Translations under genes and position numbers: made by a program
Source of the DNA: Vicugna vicugna
Taxonomy: Eukaryota
Direction of reading: 5' to 3'
Length of the DNA stretch: 64,000 bases
NCBI GenBank assembly: GCA_013265495.1
Contig: MU058221.1
Span: forward strand, 3,100,001 to 3,164,000
Shown here: piece by piece, positions 35,985 through 48,869 of the stretch
Layout: each line of letters opens with the position of its first letter
How positions within the stretch are numbered: the stretch's first letter is position 1
Notes under the pieces: model-generated
Database searches by the model: none
What the model saw: only the letters and a program-made list of their open reading frames with translations
What the model was told of the DNA's origin: nothing

Positions 35985-36686
35985 TTAATATTAGAAGCAT
36001 ATCCTGATGTTTTTAACAAGTGTAAATAACGCAAATCATTCTACATGCTGGTTTTTCATTTAAACATTTCTTGTTCGTCTCTTTCAAAATTCATAGTAAT
36101 AATCATTATTTCAGTAATATATCCTTAAAATTTGAATGCATACTGGTAGATTAATTTATAAATAGTATAATATAGTATGTGTGTGTATGTGAGTGTATAA
36201 AATAAGAAAACAACTTTCCATCAATTCAGAAAATAAATAATTGAAACATACAGAAATTATACTAGGAACTGAGGATAATCAGTTAAATGATTCAGAAATT
36301 TAAAACGAATGAAAAAATACTCAGCACAAAGGAAGCAAATATCTGAAAGTAATGCCTTTAAACCATTAAAACAGATTACATTCTATAAACCAGGTTAAAA
36401 TTTAAATCCAGCATAAACTAACAGAAAATGAAGTCTTAAAAAGAGATACAGTAAAATCAATATTGCTCTTTTGGAGTGAAAGTATTCTCTTGGAACCGAC
36501 CAGTAAACCATTAACATATCAGGAAAAAAAAATTTCAAGTGAAGCTCTCATAAATTTCCAGAGTTTAATTACTGATGAATCCCTAGAATATGCTACTCTT
36601 AATTCTGGAATCTTCCCAATCCATTTGGGAAGTAGGTTAATGGAGAGAAATATCTCTGTCAGTAACTATTCAAAAACATACATGTA

Positions 36687-36815
36687 GGGGCAGGTAGGAT
36701 ACAGCTCAGGGGTAGAATGTGTGCTTAACATGCATAAGTTCGTGGGTTCAATCCCCAGTACCTCCAATAATAATAACTAAATAAGTAAACCTAATTACCC
36801 TCTCCTCAAAAGAAA
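36687..36815 (+). mobile_element. tRNA-derived SINE (Vic-1-like)
   Basis: CAGCTCAGGGGTAGAATGTGTGCTTAACATGCATAAGTTCGTGGGTTCAATCCCCAGTACCTCC...AAACCTAATTACC; TSD ATACATGTA at 36678-36686 and 36816-36824. Confidence 0.9.
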
Positions 36816-36983
36816 ATACATGTATCTCAGGCTGCTAGGACCAAGAAAAAAAAATATGTACCTAATCTATTTCCGCCTGGAAATAGCACAGCAGAAAAGA
36901 TAGCTCACTGTCACTCTGACGGAGGCTTGCTCACTGTTAGGCTAGCAGGACCCAGTTGCCTTTGATTTGTGTGCCACTTAGCC

Positions 36984-37582
36984 TTTTTTTAAACTGAAGT
37001 ACAGTCAGTTACAATGTGTCAGTTTCTGGTGTGCAGCACAATGTCCCAGTCATGCAGATATATGTATGTATATATATGTATTCCTCTTCATATTGTTTTT
37101 CATTAAAAGTCATCACAAGATATTGAATATAGTTCCCTGTACTATACAGAAGAAGTTTGTTTTTTATCTATTTGTATATACAGTAGTTAATATTGGCAAC
37201 TCTCAAAGTTCCAATTTATCCTTTCCCACCTCCTCTCTCACGGTAACTATAAGATTGTTTCCTGTGTTTGCAAGTCTGTTTCTGTTTTGTAGATGAGTTC
37301 ATTAGTGTCCTCTTTTTTCTTTTCTTTTTTTTAGATTCCACATGTTAGTGATGTCATATGGTATTTTTCTTTCATTTTCTGGCTTATTTCGCTTAGAATG
37401 ATGGTCTCCAGGTCCATCCTTGTTGCTGCAAATGGCATTATTTTGTTCTTTTAATGGCTGAGTAGGATTCCATTGTATAAATATATCACAACTTATTTAT
37501 CCAGTCATCTGTCGATGGACATTTAGGTTGCTTCCATGTCTTGACCATTTTGTGCATAATGTGTCTATGAATATTGGGGTGC
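36984..37582 (-). mobile_element. L1 3' end (ORF2 tail plus 3' UTR)
   Basis: TTAGATTCCACATG, GTTGCTGCAAATGGCATT, GATGGACATTTAGGTTGCTTCCA; longest of four related copies. Confidence 0.92.
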
Positions 37583-38324
37583 TGGAGAGGGTGTGAACTC
37601 AGTTGCCTTTTAGCCTTGTGTCAGTATAAGCAAAAATATTTTAATTAAAAGAAAAATAATAAATAAGTAGTTCAATTTGAGGAGACAGTTTTTTAAAAAT
37701 AGAGCTTGAGTTTTCTGAACCCACAAACTGAGATTTGGCATACGTCGATATATGAACATGAGAGGTCCCAGAAATGATCTTCTGGGTACATCCTATGATA
37801 TCCCATACACCATGGGTAAGGACCTAACTTTAAATTTTTATTCCTGACTTAGTAATTCTTTCTCACTGTGTCCATCTCTAACTAAGCTTATAGATTGCTT
37901 TTGTAGCCAGATAAAATTATTGGGTTAACTAGAAGACTCTGATCATTATTTGTCCTTTATCAAATGAGTAAACGCAGGAGTGAAAGCTTGACTTTGAAAG
38001 GATGACTGTTACGAGTTAACATTGGATAGTGGTTATGGGTGCGAGCTTTGTGTTTAAGCACTGTCTTTGCGAATCAGCAGCCATAGGATTGTGGGTGAGT
38101 CAGCTTCCACATGTTTCACTGTTTTCGGCGGAACATGGAGATGATGGTGGTAAGGATGATACATACCACAATCATAGCTGTGACTAAGCTTGTTATGAAG
38201 ATTAAACAATCCTAGCAAAGCTGCTTATCACAGTGACAAAACGAACAGGGTACATTCAGCCGTGCTCAAGACTCACAGAAAGTATCAACAATAATTTAAT
38301 AAGGCATTCATCGCTACAGGCTGC

Positions 38325-38835
38325 ATTAGTTCATTAACAAGAATGAGTCTACAGAATGAAACACATCAACGTTGCCTTTACTGGCTACAAACCATGTTCA
38401 TGTATCATTTCACAGTCTCTGTGGATTAAGGAGTCTGAGCAAGGCTTAGCTGGGCCATAAGTTTCTTTTACAGGCTGCCATCAATATGTCAATAGGCTGA
38501 TTCAAGATCTGACTAGGACAGAACCACGTTCAAGCTCTCTTGTCTGTTGGCGGGACTGCAGGTTGTTTGACCACGGGCCTCAGTTCCTCACTGACCATGG
38601 GCCAGAGGCTTCTTTTAGCTCTTTGCTATTGAGCCTCTCCAGTAAAGCAGCTTGCTTATCAAAATGTGTGAGAAAGCAAGGGAGACAGTCGGCTAACAAG
38701 ATGAAAGTCACAATCCTCTGTCACAGACGTGATATCCATCAGCTTAGCTGCATTCTATTAGTTAGAAGCAAGTTATTAGCATCAGACCATACTTAATAGC
38801 TTAAATACAGAAGATGGGTTAACTTACATCTGTGT
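38325..38835 (-). mobile_element. MaLR MLT1-type LTR
   Basis: CACAGTCTCTGTGGATTAAGGAGTCTGAGCAAGGCTTAGCTGGG, CATTCTATTAGTTAGAAGCAAGT. Confidence 0.7.
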
Positions 38836-38849
38836 ATCATATATAGACA

Positions 38850-40430
38850 TTCAGAAAGAGGGTATATTGAGAATGAGAAGAGTCAGCTTTCTAAGAGTTT
38901 ATGAATAAATATTTTTCAAAATAAATGAATTGCATAAATCTGTACAGTCAGGAAAAACAATATAAAACAAGTAAGATAAATGCACAGAAAACCACATGCC
39001 ACAGAAAGACACAATGCAATAAAACTATAAAACACCAAAGACAAAGAGAAGATTTTATGACAGCTTGAAGGTGGGTCACCAAGCAAGGATAAATATTTAC
39101 ACTGCCAGCAAGTTTCACATCAGCAACAAAGGAAGTTAGAAAAAGTAAATTAATACGTTTAAAGGTATGAGCAAAATTTCAACGGAAGATTCTGTCAAAT
39201 AAGAATGTATGGTAATATAGTTCTTTTATTTACTAAAGGGGTTTTTAAAATATATTATTTCAAGAGAAAGGAAAATTATTCCCAACAAAGGTATAGGTTC
39301 AAAGGGAAATATTAGCAAAGTAACTAATGAATGTTGACATAAATCTAAGCCAGATTTTGTGGAAAATAATAATGATGATAAAGTTTAAGTGATGACACTA
39401 AAAAACAAGAACACTTGTTTGACATGAGCACACAACTCAGGAAAAAGTTAATCAATCAGAAAGTCTTCCGTGATCCATGTATTAGCTGGGAGAAGAGTTA
39501 ACTACAGATTAACCTTAGACTTTGCTGCTAATACATAGTCAAAAAATTACAGCAGCCATTAAAATCATAGAAATAAAGATAAAGTTGGTATAAGAAAAAA
39601 AGAAGGCATTAAAAAAGAACAAATAATAAACAATGGGGAGAGATAAGAAACGTGGTATCAACTAATCACCATTTACGAAACATTAATGTGCACTTCATCT
39701 GTCCATTAAGGGAAAGACCACTTCAGATTTCCTTTCAAAATTCAGCTAAGCTTTTACATAAGGGACATATAAAAATTCATAAGTGGAAATGATAAAAATA
39801 GATAATAGGAAAAAAAAGATCTTCCAGAAAAATAGAATTATATTTCCAGGAAAATAAAAGCAGAATGAAACTGTTGTAGCTATAATTTTAGTCAAATTAG
39901 ACTTTATATGAGAAAGATTGTTCGAATTAAACATTATCATTCCATAATGATAAATCAAATCATTTAAATCCTACTCAGTTAAGATATGACAGTTTTAAAC
40001 TTGCAATGTTGTGATGAAAACTTTCATGTTAATCAATCAGAAATAGATACAAATTAATGGGGAAAATGATAACTTATTATCATCCTGAGAAACATGTCTC
40101 TTAATTATTCAGAAGTGAAAAATACTAAACATTAGGAAAATATACACATTAAAAATAAAAATGCACAACATTGTAAATGGACTGTAACAAAAAATGTTTA
40201 AAAAATTATATTAAAAAATAAAAAATAAAATAAAAATGATAAGCTTTACATAATGGACACAGAAAATCCTGAACAATTGGAAAATGCAGTCATCCCAGGC
40301 TTGTAGAATTGATTAATAATAATTGATTTCATACATTATTATAAAGCAATTACAACATTTAATTAAAATTATTTTTATTACATAACCCACAGCTCTGATG
40401 ACAAGGCGATAAATTATAATAAAAGGGAAT
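38850..40430 (+). mobile_element. Highly degraded old L1 (ORF1 end to ORF2 endonuclease region)
   Basis: A-rich strand; AACACCAAAGACAAAGAGAAGATTTT, CATCAGCAACAAAGGAAG-TAGAA, GTAGCTATAATTTTAGTCAAATTAGACTT. Confidence 0.6.
40164..40226 (+). mobile_element. Extremely truncated L1 3'-tip insertion
   Basis: CACAACATTGTAAA...AAAAAATGTTTAAAAAA matches the tip of the L1 at 3012-3060; candidate TSD AAAATAAAAATG at 40152-40163 and 40227-40238. Confidence 0.7.
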
Positions 40431-40469
40431 AACATACTGGTACCTGAAAGTCCACCACCATGACAAACA

Positions 40470-41065
40470 CTGACCAATGTTGCCCAGTGTCCATTCTCCC
40501 CTTGTATTTTAAGTAATGCATTATCATATATATTGAGACAGGACGCTAGATCCTATTTCAAAGAAATAATAAGTGATTAAGTGATTTAGTTCCTGTCAGA
40601 GAATTTTACGTGGAAATGATGTGTGCAATTTCTTCGTCGTTTCCTTCAAAGCGGATTGCTTCCTTTCTTCTTCAGCGCTCCCCTTCCTTCCGTGTAGGAA
40701 AACATGCAGGTAATGCGAATGCAGCAACAGCGTCCGCAGGAAGACACGGGTGCTCGAACGATGGATGGAGGGAAACTCTCTGCTGGCCCTGAACTTAGTG
40801 TTTACCCCTCAGTTGTAGGCAGTAAGCAGTAAACCTCGCAGGGGAGGGTATAGCTCGTGGCAGAGCATGTGCTTAGCATGCGCGGGGTGCTGAGTTCAAT
40901 CCCCAGTACCTCCATCGAAAAACTAAACAAATAAACTTAATTACCTACCCCCTGCAAAAAATTTTTAAAAAACTAAAAAATTAAAAAAAAAAAAGAAAGT
41001 AAACCTCTGCCTCATTTAAAGCTACTGATTTGCAGATTGTCTTTGTATATTCTTGACTTTGGCTA
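40470..41065 (+). mobile_element. Old MLT1-type LTR interrupted by a SINE
   Basis: GCCCAGTGTCCATTCTCCCC, GTGGAAATGATGTGTGCAATTTC, and 3' end AGTAAACCTCTGCCTCATTTAAAGCTACTG. Confidence 0.5.
40838..40997 (+). mobile_element. tRNA-derived SINE (Vic-1-like)
   Basis: GGGGAGGGTATAGCTCGTGGCAGAGCATGTGCTTAGCATGCGCGGGGTGCTGAGTTCAATCCCCAGTACCTCC with A-tail; TSD AGTAAACCTC at 40828-40837 and 40998-41007. Confidence 0.92.
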
Positions 41066-41283
41066 CTTATTTCTCAGGTATAATGGGTTGATTAATTTCT
41101 CTTGATTTGTAGCTTGTCTTTGTAGCTTGTTCTATTTTGATAAACAGAAATTTGTGATTTGAAACTAGAGATATAAATATTGTCTTCAATTTAGTGTTTT
41201 TGTATCTTGTTAATAAGCACATGTCTCTCCCAAGGTTATAAAAACATATATAAATATAATATGTTATGTACATAGCATATTAT

Positions 41284-41314
<31 letters not shown>

Positions 41315-41632
41315 AAGATAAACTGTCTTCCAAAATTTTAAGGCTAAGACTTACATTGTGTTTAATACATCTGACAGTTTTTTTTTTTAACGTACTAGGA
41401 AAGGGAAGGATTCGACTTAATTTGCTTTCAAATGGATCATCAGTCACTTTAGAAATATTTATTGAACATCCCATCATTTCACACTAATTTGAAATTGCAT
41501 CCTGTCATCTCAACCCACAGGAGTCTAAAAAGGACACACAGATTTAAGAATTAACACTGAATTATTTTGTAATGCTGTTAACATACAAACTCTGGGTTCC
41601 ACATTCTTCTGAAGTATATTATGTATAGAATT

Positions 41633-41652
41633 TCTTGCACAAGTACAGCTTG

Positions 41653-41699
<47 letters not shown>

Positions 41700-41751
41700 A
41701 TATATTATATATCTTGTGCAAGTACAGCATGAAATATATATATATATATAA
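41633..41751. repeat. Duplicated 23-bp unit, each copy followed by (AT)n
   Basis: TCTTGCACAAGTACAGCTTGAAA (41633-41655) and TCTTGTGCAAGTACAGCATGAAA (41712-41734). Confidence 0.85.
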
Positions 41752-42094
41752 AGTTGATAGCAGTGTTCCTTATAATTACCAAAGAATGAAAAACTCAAGT
41801 GCCAATTCACGAGAGAAGAGTAAATATAAAGTTATTCATTTCACATTTAAATAGGACGAAAAGAAGATAGGTCAATTAATAAGAGTGTAATGTTACATGA
41901 CAAAAATGCAATATACAGCCACTTTTGTTAAGTTTTAGAAATAATCAAAACTAAATAATTTATTGGCTTTACTGTGTAAGGTGTACACACATGTTACAAC
42001 ATTGGTATAGAGAAAACAAGGGAATGTTAAAAACAGAAATTTGAAGAGTGTGTGTATGAGAAGGAGAGAACAGAGTTTGACTCACAGGACTTAT

Positions 42095-42985
42095 TTTTCT
42101 ATTAGTAATTTTTATTTTGGTGCAAGTTTAAAGTCAGAGAAAAGTGGCAAGAATAACATATAAAATTCCTATATAGCCTTTACCTTACATTCAGCAACTG
42201 CTAGCATGTCATGCAATTTGCTTTGACATTCTCTCTCTGTTTGAACACACACACACACACACACACACACATTTGTGTTTCTTTTAGATCATTTGCATTT
42301 CCATGGACATTTTACAGTCAACTTGTCAGATTCTATAATAACACCTTACTGTGACTATGGTGACTTGGAAAACATTGGCTGGATAGATGAAGCAGTGGAG
42401 AACGGACTTCTTAATGCTACTGAGGCACTCAAATTTTGAATATGATGTATCTTTCCATTTATTTGTTTTAAAATTTGTCTCCGTGGGTTTTGCAGTCTTT
42501 ACTGTAGAAATTTTGCATATATTTCAATTTTATTCATACACATGGCGTGTTTTTCACTTTAAAAGGTAGTTTTAGTTTTCGTGTCATTGTCTAGTATTTG
42601 TTGCCACAAAATTTTGTTTAAAAGTTTTTGACTTTATTATTGACCGTATATCCTGCAATCTTGATAATTTAATTTCTTAGTTCTTGTTGTTTGATTGTTA
42701 ATTTTTTAAGGATTTCTTTATAAGCAATCATATCTTCTGTGAGTGAAAGTTTTATGTCTTTCTTTCCAAACTTCATGCATTTTTTTTCTTGTTTGCTAGA
42801 ATATTCAATGGAAGGCTGCATGGAAGCAGTGAGAATGAACACCCTCGCCTTGTTCCTCAACTTAGGGGAAGCATTTAATATTTTAACCTTTAAATATGGT
42901 ATTAACCTCAGGTGTCCTGAAGATTTTTTTAATCATATGCAGAAGTTTCCTTCTAGTCATAGTTTCCTGAGATCTTTAAATCGTG
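42095..42985 (-). mobile_element. Old L1 fragments (3' end and ORF2) with (CA)n at 42244-42271
   Basis: Minus-strand ORF remnant KKDIKLSLTEDMIAYKE (L1 RT region); CCTTGTTCCTCAACTTAGGGGAAGCATT; AGAAGTTTCCTTCTAGTC. Confidence 0.7.
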
Positions 42986-45233
42986 GGGATTTGCTTTTTT
43001 TATTCTTTTCCTTCTTTCTAGATTTACTTCTTTACTTTCCATTGTGTTCTGGAAGCTCCAACTCTATTCTTCAGTTCATCGAGCAGGTAGGCAGCACATT
43101 TCTACACGACCTCATGCCACCTTGAATGACACAGACTGCGGAAAATCTTCTGAAGAAAAGTCACAAAACACGATTCCTAGTCATTACATTGCCCCTCATT
43201 CAGGCATCAACTGCCATCCAGTTTCTGCCTGTTCTTGGCAACTTTCCTGTGCCTTCAGGTGGCAGCTTTGAATATTTTGTTCAGATTTATAGCTTATGTT
43301 TGTAGGAGGATTAATCTGATATGAGCCAGCATTACTTGAAGTAGAACTCTGCTATTGGTAAATTTTTTTCTTTACATGTGGGTATTGGATCCATTTTTCC
43401 CTTGTATTCTTATAATTTCCAGTACATATAAATGTTTTCTATATTTCATGATAAAGCAGAACTAGACTTTTTAACTACAAAGAAATACAGAGCCCTTTGA
43501 AATGGCACTGGTTTTACTTTTCTTCTTTAATTTTAAAGGTAACTGCTTATTTGTACCTGTCCTATTCGGATCCATGAAATTACATTCTATTTCTTCAAGG
43601 CACTCTCATGATAGGGAAATTTTATTGAATTTTCTTAGAATTTGTGTCAGGTTCGAAGTCAGAAATATTTATTTCAGAGTCAAAAGCAGAGACCTCATCC
43701 TTAGACTGGAGGTGACCGAATTCTAGAAGTCCAAAGTCCACGTGAGCAGTTCTAATTCTTTTTAAGATTTTTGTCTTTAACACGAGCCTGTGTTTGATCG
43801 TGTGTGGTCTTCTAATGCTGCGGTTCCCCTGTGTCCCTCTTGAGGAGCGGCTGGGGAAATGATGGCGGCGAGATGGACTGGCAGATCAATTCGACATTCA
43901 GCGCTTCGGTCAAACCCTGTGACAGCGTCCGTTCTCACTGCCTCCCCTTGTGCTGTCACATCTGTGATGCTCCTGGTCCTGCAGAGAAGCTCCTCCCTCC
44001 ACTGCAGGTGCTTTTTAGGTGCTGGTCTCGGGCTTCCTGGATCTGCTTCATCCATGAAGAAGCAGGAATTTCCCATCCCCAGACAGCCTACCTTCTCTCT
44101 CATTTGTTTGTATGGGTTTATCATACAAACATTTCTTTTTATCTCTATTATCATTTTATAAGATCTCCAGAGCACAGAGAAACAGACGTGTAGCGCTGAG
44201 TAGCCACCTTGAACTCACTACTTCTCCAAGCGTCATTTTGTTAAACTGACAGCAGGGTCAATAAAAATGTTGACCTTTGGTATCAAAACTTTTCAGACAA
44301 ATTTCTCCTTTCTCCCACCTGTGGGGTTGCTTTTTTTTTAACTCCAAATCAAAACTATTCTATCTATATTAGGTTAGATTCCATTTCAAGAATGTTAGAC
44401 CCTCTTGTTAACCTTTTAAAGTGCTTTTGACTCTTATGTTGTCATCTGAAGTATCACCGCTCCCTCCTGCCAGGATGCCATCTGTGTTGACATACGGAGG
44501 TTTACCGTCTGCAGCATGATTTGAAAAGGGTCATTGCAGCACTGGCAGCCCGAATCCTACTTAAGACAGCTAACCTAAGGCCCCTTCCCAGACGCAGAGG
44601 CTAATCTTTTTTTTAATCTTTTTGAATTGTTCCCTTGATACAACTAAAGCTTTTTGCTCAAAAGGAGAGAAAGTAAATGACAAATAAAAGCCAAGCATCT
44701 AAAGTGCATTATCTCTATTAAATCTCAAAAATGTAAGGATATAATATTTGTCATATGGATGGAGAGACTGAAGTAGAGACGGTTTATGTGATTTTCTTGG
44801 GGTTACCCAGACAGCAATTGAAAACAATGAGACCTGAACACGTAGTTTATGTCTCCGAAATTCATGCTCTTTCCACCGCTGCACTTTCATTTTAGTGGGA
44901 TGGAGTGGCAGAGCCCAGTAATGCCAGTTCTGCTGACGTGCTGATCCTGGGCTCGACTTTACAGACAGCGTCCCAGACTGCCCTCATTTGTCGTTATTTC
45001 AGAAAGGACTACGTTTGCTGCAGTTAACACCAACAAGATTTCTGACGGTTGGCAGTTGTTTATCTTAATTCAGTTTCGGAAAAATACCAGATGCCTCTGC
45101 AATTCTTTTCATCATTCTCGAATGAACAGAGATCACTCTAAAACACCAGGCATTTCATCGGCACGCCACACAGCGAGAAGGAGAACGCCAAAGCAGACAA
45201 GGCATGCTATAGTTCACTATGCTACTCTGTAAA

Positions 45234-45505
45234 TTTTTTAATTGAAATACAATTCATTTGCCATATTATATCAGTTTCAGGCATACAATATACTGATTAG
45301 ACATTATGAAATGATCACCACAGCTGGATAAGTCTAATATGCATGTCATCACACAGAATTATTACTTTATTATTTACTATGTTGCCACTGCTGTACATTA
45401 CTTCCTTGTGACTTAGTCATTTTATAATTCACTCAATCCCCTCCATCTATTTTGCCCATCCACCCAACCCCTCCCGCCTGGCAAACACAAGCTTGTTCTC
45501 TGTGT
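45234..45505 (-). mobile_element. L1 3'-end fragment (older subfamily)
   Basis: TTTTTTAATTGAAATACAATT...ATTATATCAGTTTCAGGCATACAA, ATTATGAAATGATCACCACA. Confidence 0.75.
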
Positions 45506-45521
45506 CTGTTTAAAATCTGGA

Positions 45522-45862
45522 TTTCCAGGAAAGCCAGTGGTGTAATTCATTCCAAATCAGAAGTCCTGAGAACTAATGGTGTAAATCCTAGTCTAAGGGC
45601 CAGAAAAGATGAGATAAGTCCCAACTCAACCAGGCAAGCAGGAAGCAAAACTAATAAATTCCTTCTTCCTCCACCTTTTTTTTCTATTCAGGTCATCAAT
45701 AGATTGAGAGATAATCACTCCCAATAGGAAAAGCAATCTACTTTACTGAGTCCACCAGTTCAAATGTTAATCTCATTGAGAAACATTCTCCTAGACACAC
45801 TCAGAATAAATCTTTAATCTGGGCACTCCATGACCAGTCAAGCTGACACATAAAATTAACAG
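45522..45862. mobile_element. ERVL MLT2-like LTR fragment
   Basis: CCAGGAAAGCCAGTGGTGTAATTC, CTTTACTGAGTCCACCAGTTCAAATGTTAATCTCAT, CCAGTCAAGCTGACACATAAAATTAAC. Confidence 0.75.
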
Positions 45863-46017
45863 ATTCTCTCAGCTTTTTATTATTTTCCTCCTATCTTCAG
45901 TTTTCAACTTCTGTTGGCCTTTGCTTTTAACTGATATTCTTGCCTTTTCTTTTTGATTTGTAGGAGATCTTTAAATTTTTAGATGCTATTTTTGTGTCAG
46001 ATTTAGAAATGGAAATG

Positions 46018-48386
46018 AAAACATACCTCAAAGACATTGTGTGTTCAGTTCTAGCCTACTGCAATAAAGTGAGTCACACACACAATTTTTTTGGTTTCCC
46101 AGTGCACATAAAAGTTATATTTATACCATATTGTAGCCTATTAAGTATGCAATAATATCATGTTTTAAAAGCAATGTACATATCTTCAGGAAAAAATACT
46201 TTGTTGCTAAAAGGTGCTAAGTCTTCTAAGACTTGGGCATCCTCTGAGTCTTCAGCGAGTCCTAATCCTTTTGCTAATGCAAGGTCTTGCTTCAGTGTAG
46301 ATGGCTGCTGACTGATCAGGGTTGTGGTTGCTGAAGGTTGGGGTGGCTGTGGCAATTTCTTAAAATAAGACAACAATGAAGTTTGTTCCATCAATTGACG
46401 ATTTCTTTAAGGAGCAATATTTCTGTATCAGGCAATGCTGTCTGATAGCATTTTACCCACAGTAAAAGTTCTTTCAAAATTAGGGTCTGTCTTTTCAAAA
46501 CCTGCCAGTGCTTTCTCAAGTAAATGATGTAATATTTCTAAATTCTTTGTTGTCATTTCAACACTCTTCCCAGCATCTTCACCAAGTGTAGATTCCATTT
46601 CAAGAAACCACTTTCTTTGTTCATAAGAAGCAACTTTTCATCCATTTAATTTTTATCATGATACTGTAGCAATTTAGTCAGATCTTCAGGCTCCACTTCT
46701 AATTTGAGTTTTCTTGCTGTTTGCACCACAGCTGCAGGTACTTCCTCCCCTGAAGACCTGAATCGCTCAAAGTCATCCATGAGGGTTGGAGTCAACTTTT
46801 ACCAAACTCTTGTTAATGTTGATATTTTGACCCTTCTCATGAATTACAAGTGTTCTTAATGGCATCTAAAATGGTGAATCCTTTTCAGAACTTTTCGATG
46901 CCTGTGCCCAGATCCATCAGAGGAATCTCTGTGTCTGGCAACTGTAGCCTTCCAAGATATATTTCCTAAAGAATGACTCGAAAGGTGAAATTACTTATTG
47001 ATCCATGGGCTGCAAAATGGATGTCATGTTAGCAGGCATGAAAACAACATTAATCTTCTTGTACACTCCCATCAAAGCTGTTGGATGCATTGTCAATGAG
47101 CAGAAATATCTCAAAAGGAATCTTTGTTTCTGAGCAGTAGGTATCAACAGTGGGCTTAAAATATTCAGTAACTCATGTTGTAAACAGATGTTCCGTCATC
47201 CAGGGTTTGTTGTTCCATTTATAAAGCACAGGCAGAAGAGATTTAGCAGAATTCTTAAAAGACCTAGGATTTTCAGAATGATAAGTGAGCACTGGCTTCA
47301 ACTTACAGTCACTCCCTGCATTAGCGCCAACAAGAGAGTCAGACTGTGCTCTGAAGCTTTGAAACCAGACGTTGACTTCTCCTCTCTAGCTATGGAAGTT
47401 CTAGATGGCATTGCCTTCCAAGCGAAGGCTGATTCATCTACGTCAGACACTTGTTGTCTCATGTAGCTACCTTCATTAATTATCTCAGCCAGAAGCAAAA
47501 CTTGCAGCTTCTGCATCATCACCTGCTGCCTCCACTTGAACTCTTACGTCACGGAGATAGAGTCTTACCTTAAATCTCATGAAACGACTTCTGTTCACTT
47601 CAGACTCTTTTCTCCTGCAGCTTCCTCACCTCTCTCAGCATTCAGAGAATTGAAGAGAATTAGGGGTTTGCTCTGGGTTAGACTTTGGCTTAAGGGATTG
47701 CTGTGGCTGTTCTGACCTTCTGTCCAGGCCGCTAGAACTTTCTCCGTATCAGCGACGAGGTGGTTTTGCTTCCTTATCGTTCCTGTGTTCCCTGCAGGAG
47801 CACTTTTAATTTCTTTGAAGAACTTTTTCTACGACTTGGCTAACAGCACAAGAGGCCTACCTTTCAGCCTAGCTTGGTTTTTGACATGCCTTCCTCGCTA
47901 AGCTTAATCTCTCAAAGGGAGAGATCTATGACTCTTCCATTCACCTCAACACTTAGAGGTTATTGAAAGGTTACTGATTGGCCTAATTTCTATAGTGTTA
48001 TGTCCCAGGGACTAGGCAGGCCCACACAGAGGGGCAGAGATGGGGAAAGAGCCAGTTGGCGGAGCAGTCAGAATACACACATTTATTAAGTATGCCATTG
48101 TACATGACTGTAGTTTGTGGCACCCCCAGATACTTACGATAGTAACATCAAAAATCACTGATCACAGATCACCATAGCAAACATAATAATAATGGAGAAG
48201 ATTGGAATATTGTGGAAATTACTAAAATGTGACACAGAGACATGAAGTGAGCAAACGCTGTTGGAAAAGTGAGGCTGACTGATTTGCTTGAAGCAGAGTT
48301 GCCACTAACCTTCAATCTGTGAAAAAAAAAAATCTAGTATCTGCAAAGTGCAATAAAGCAAAGGCCAATAAAACAAAATGTGCCTG
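46018..48386 (-). mobile_element. Near-full-length Tigger1 (TcMar-Tigger/pogo) DNA transposon with decayed transposase
   Basis: TIR remnants CATACCTCAAAGACATTG (46022) and AATAAAACAAAATGTGCCTG (ends 48386); about 2.37 kb; minus-strand peptides LAEIINEGSYMRQQVSDVDESAFAWKAMPSRTSIAREEKSTSGFKAS and [30 protein letters not shown] match Tigger1 transposase; no continuous ORF. Confidence 0.93.
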
Positions 48387-48544
48387 AAGGGTTTCCTGAA
48401 CCTGTTTTTAACACGTTAACTTTATTGAATAAAAGTGCTTAATTTCACCACTACTAAACGGTTGAATTAAAGTTCTTAATGGTAGTAACATCAAACATTT
48501 CCCCTTCTGTGCTGTACAAATTTTAAGTTTTTGTTTAAGAAGCA

Positions 48545-48858
48545 TATCTCTGCCTTTGCTTTTCTTCAGCTTCTAGAGTCTACCTGCATTTTTGGTTCAC
48601 TGCCTCGTCTTTCTTCTACAAAGCACACTGATGCAATGTCTCTGTCCATCTACATGTCTCTTTTTTTCAAATTGATTTCCTTGTGCCCCTTTTACAAGGT
48701 GATCACACTGGACTGACCTCAGTAATCTAGGGTAATCTCCCAATTCCAAGATCCTTAGTTAATCAAGCCTGTACCATCACAATATAAGGTGCCATACTCA
48801 TAAGTTCCAGACGCCAGGACACAAACATCATCTGGGGGCCATCATTCAGCCTACGACA
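48545..48858 (-). mobile_element. MaLR MLT1-type LTR fragment
   Basis: CTTTTCTTCAGCTTCTAGAG, TAATCTAGGGTAATCTCCCAATTCCAAGATCCTTA, GGGGGCCATCATTCAGCCTAC. Confidence 0.7.
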
Positions 48859-48869
48859 CAGTCAAAGTA

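Noticed and set aside
4774..37582. Minus-strand bias of four sister L1 3' ends as evidence for a host transcription unit
   Set aside because: Other L1s, SINEs and LTRs occur in both orientations, and the sample is too small.
23378..40997. tRNA genes at the five A/B-box-containing sites
   Set aside because: All have A-rich tails and TSDs and are diverged copies of one SINE family, not intact cloverleafs.
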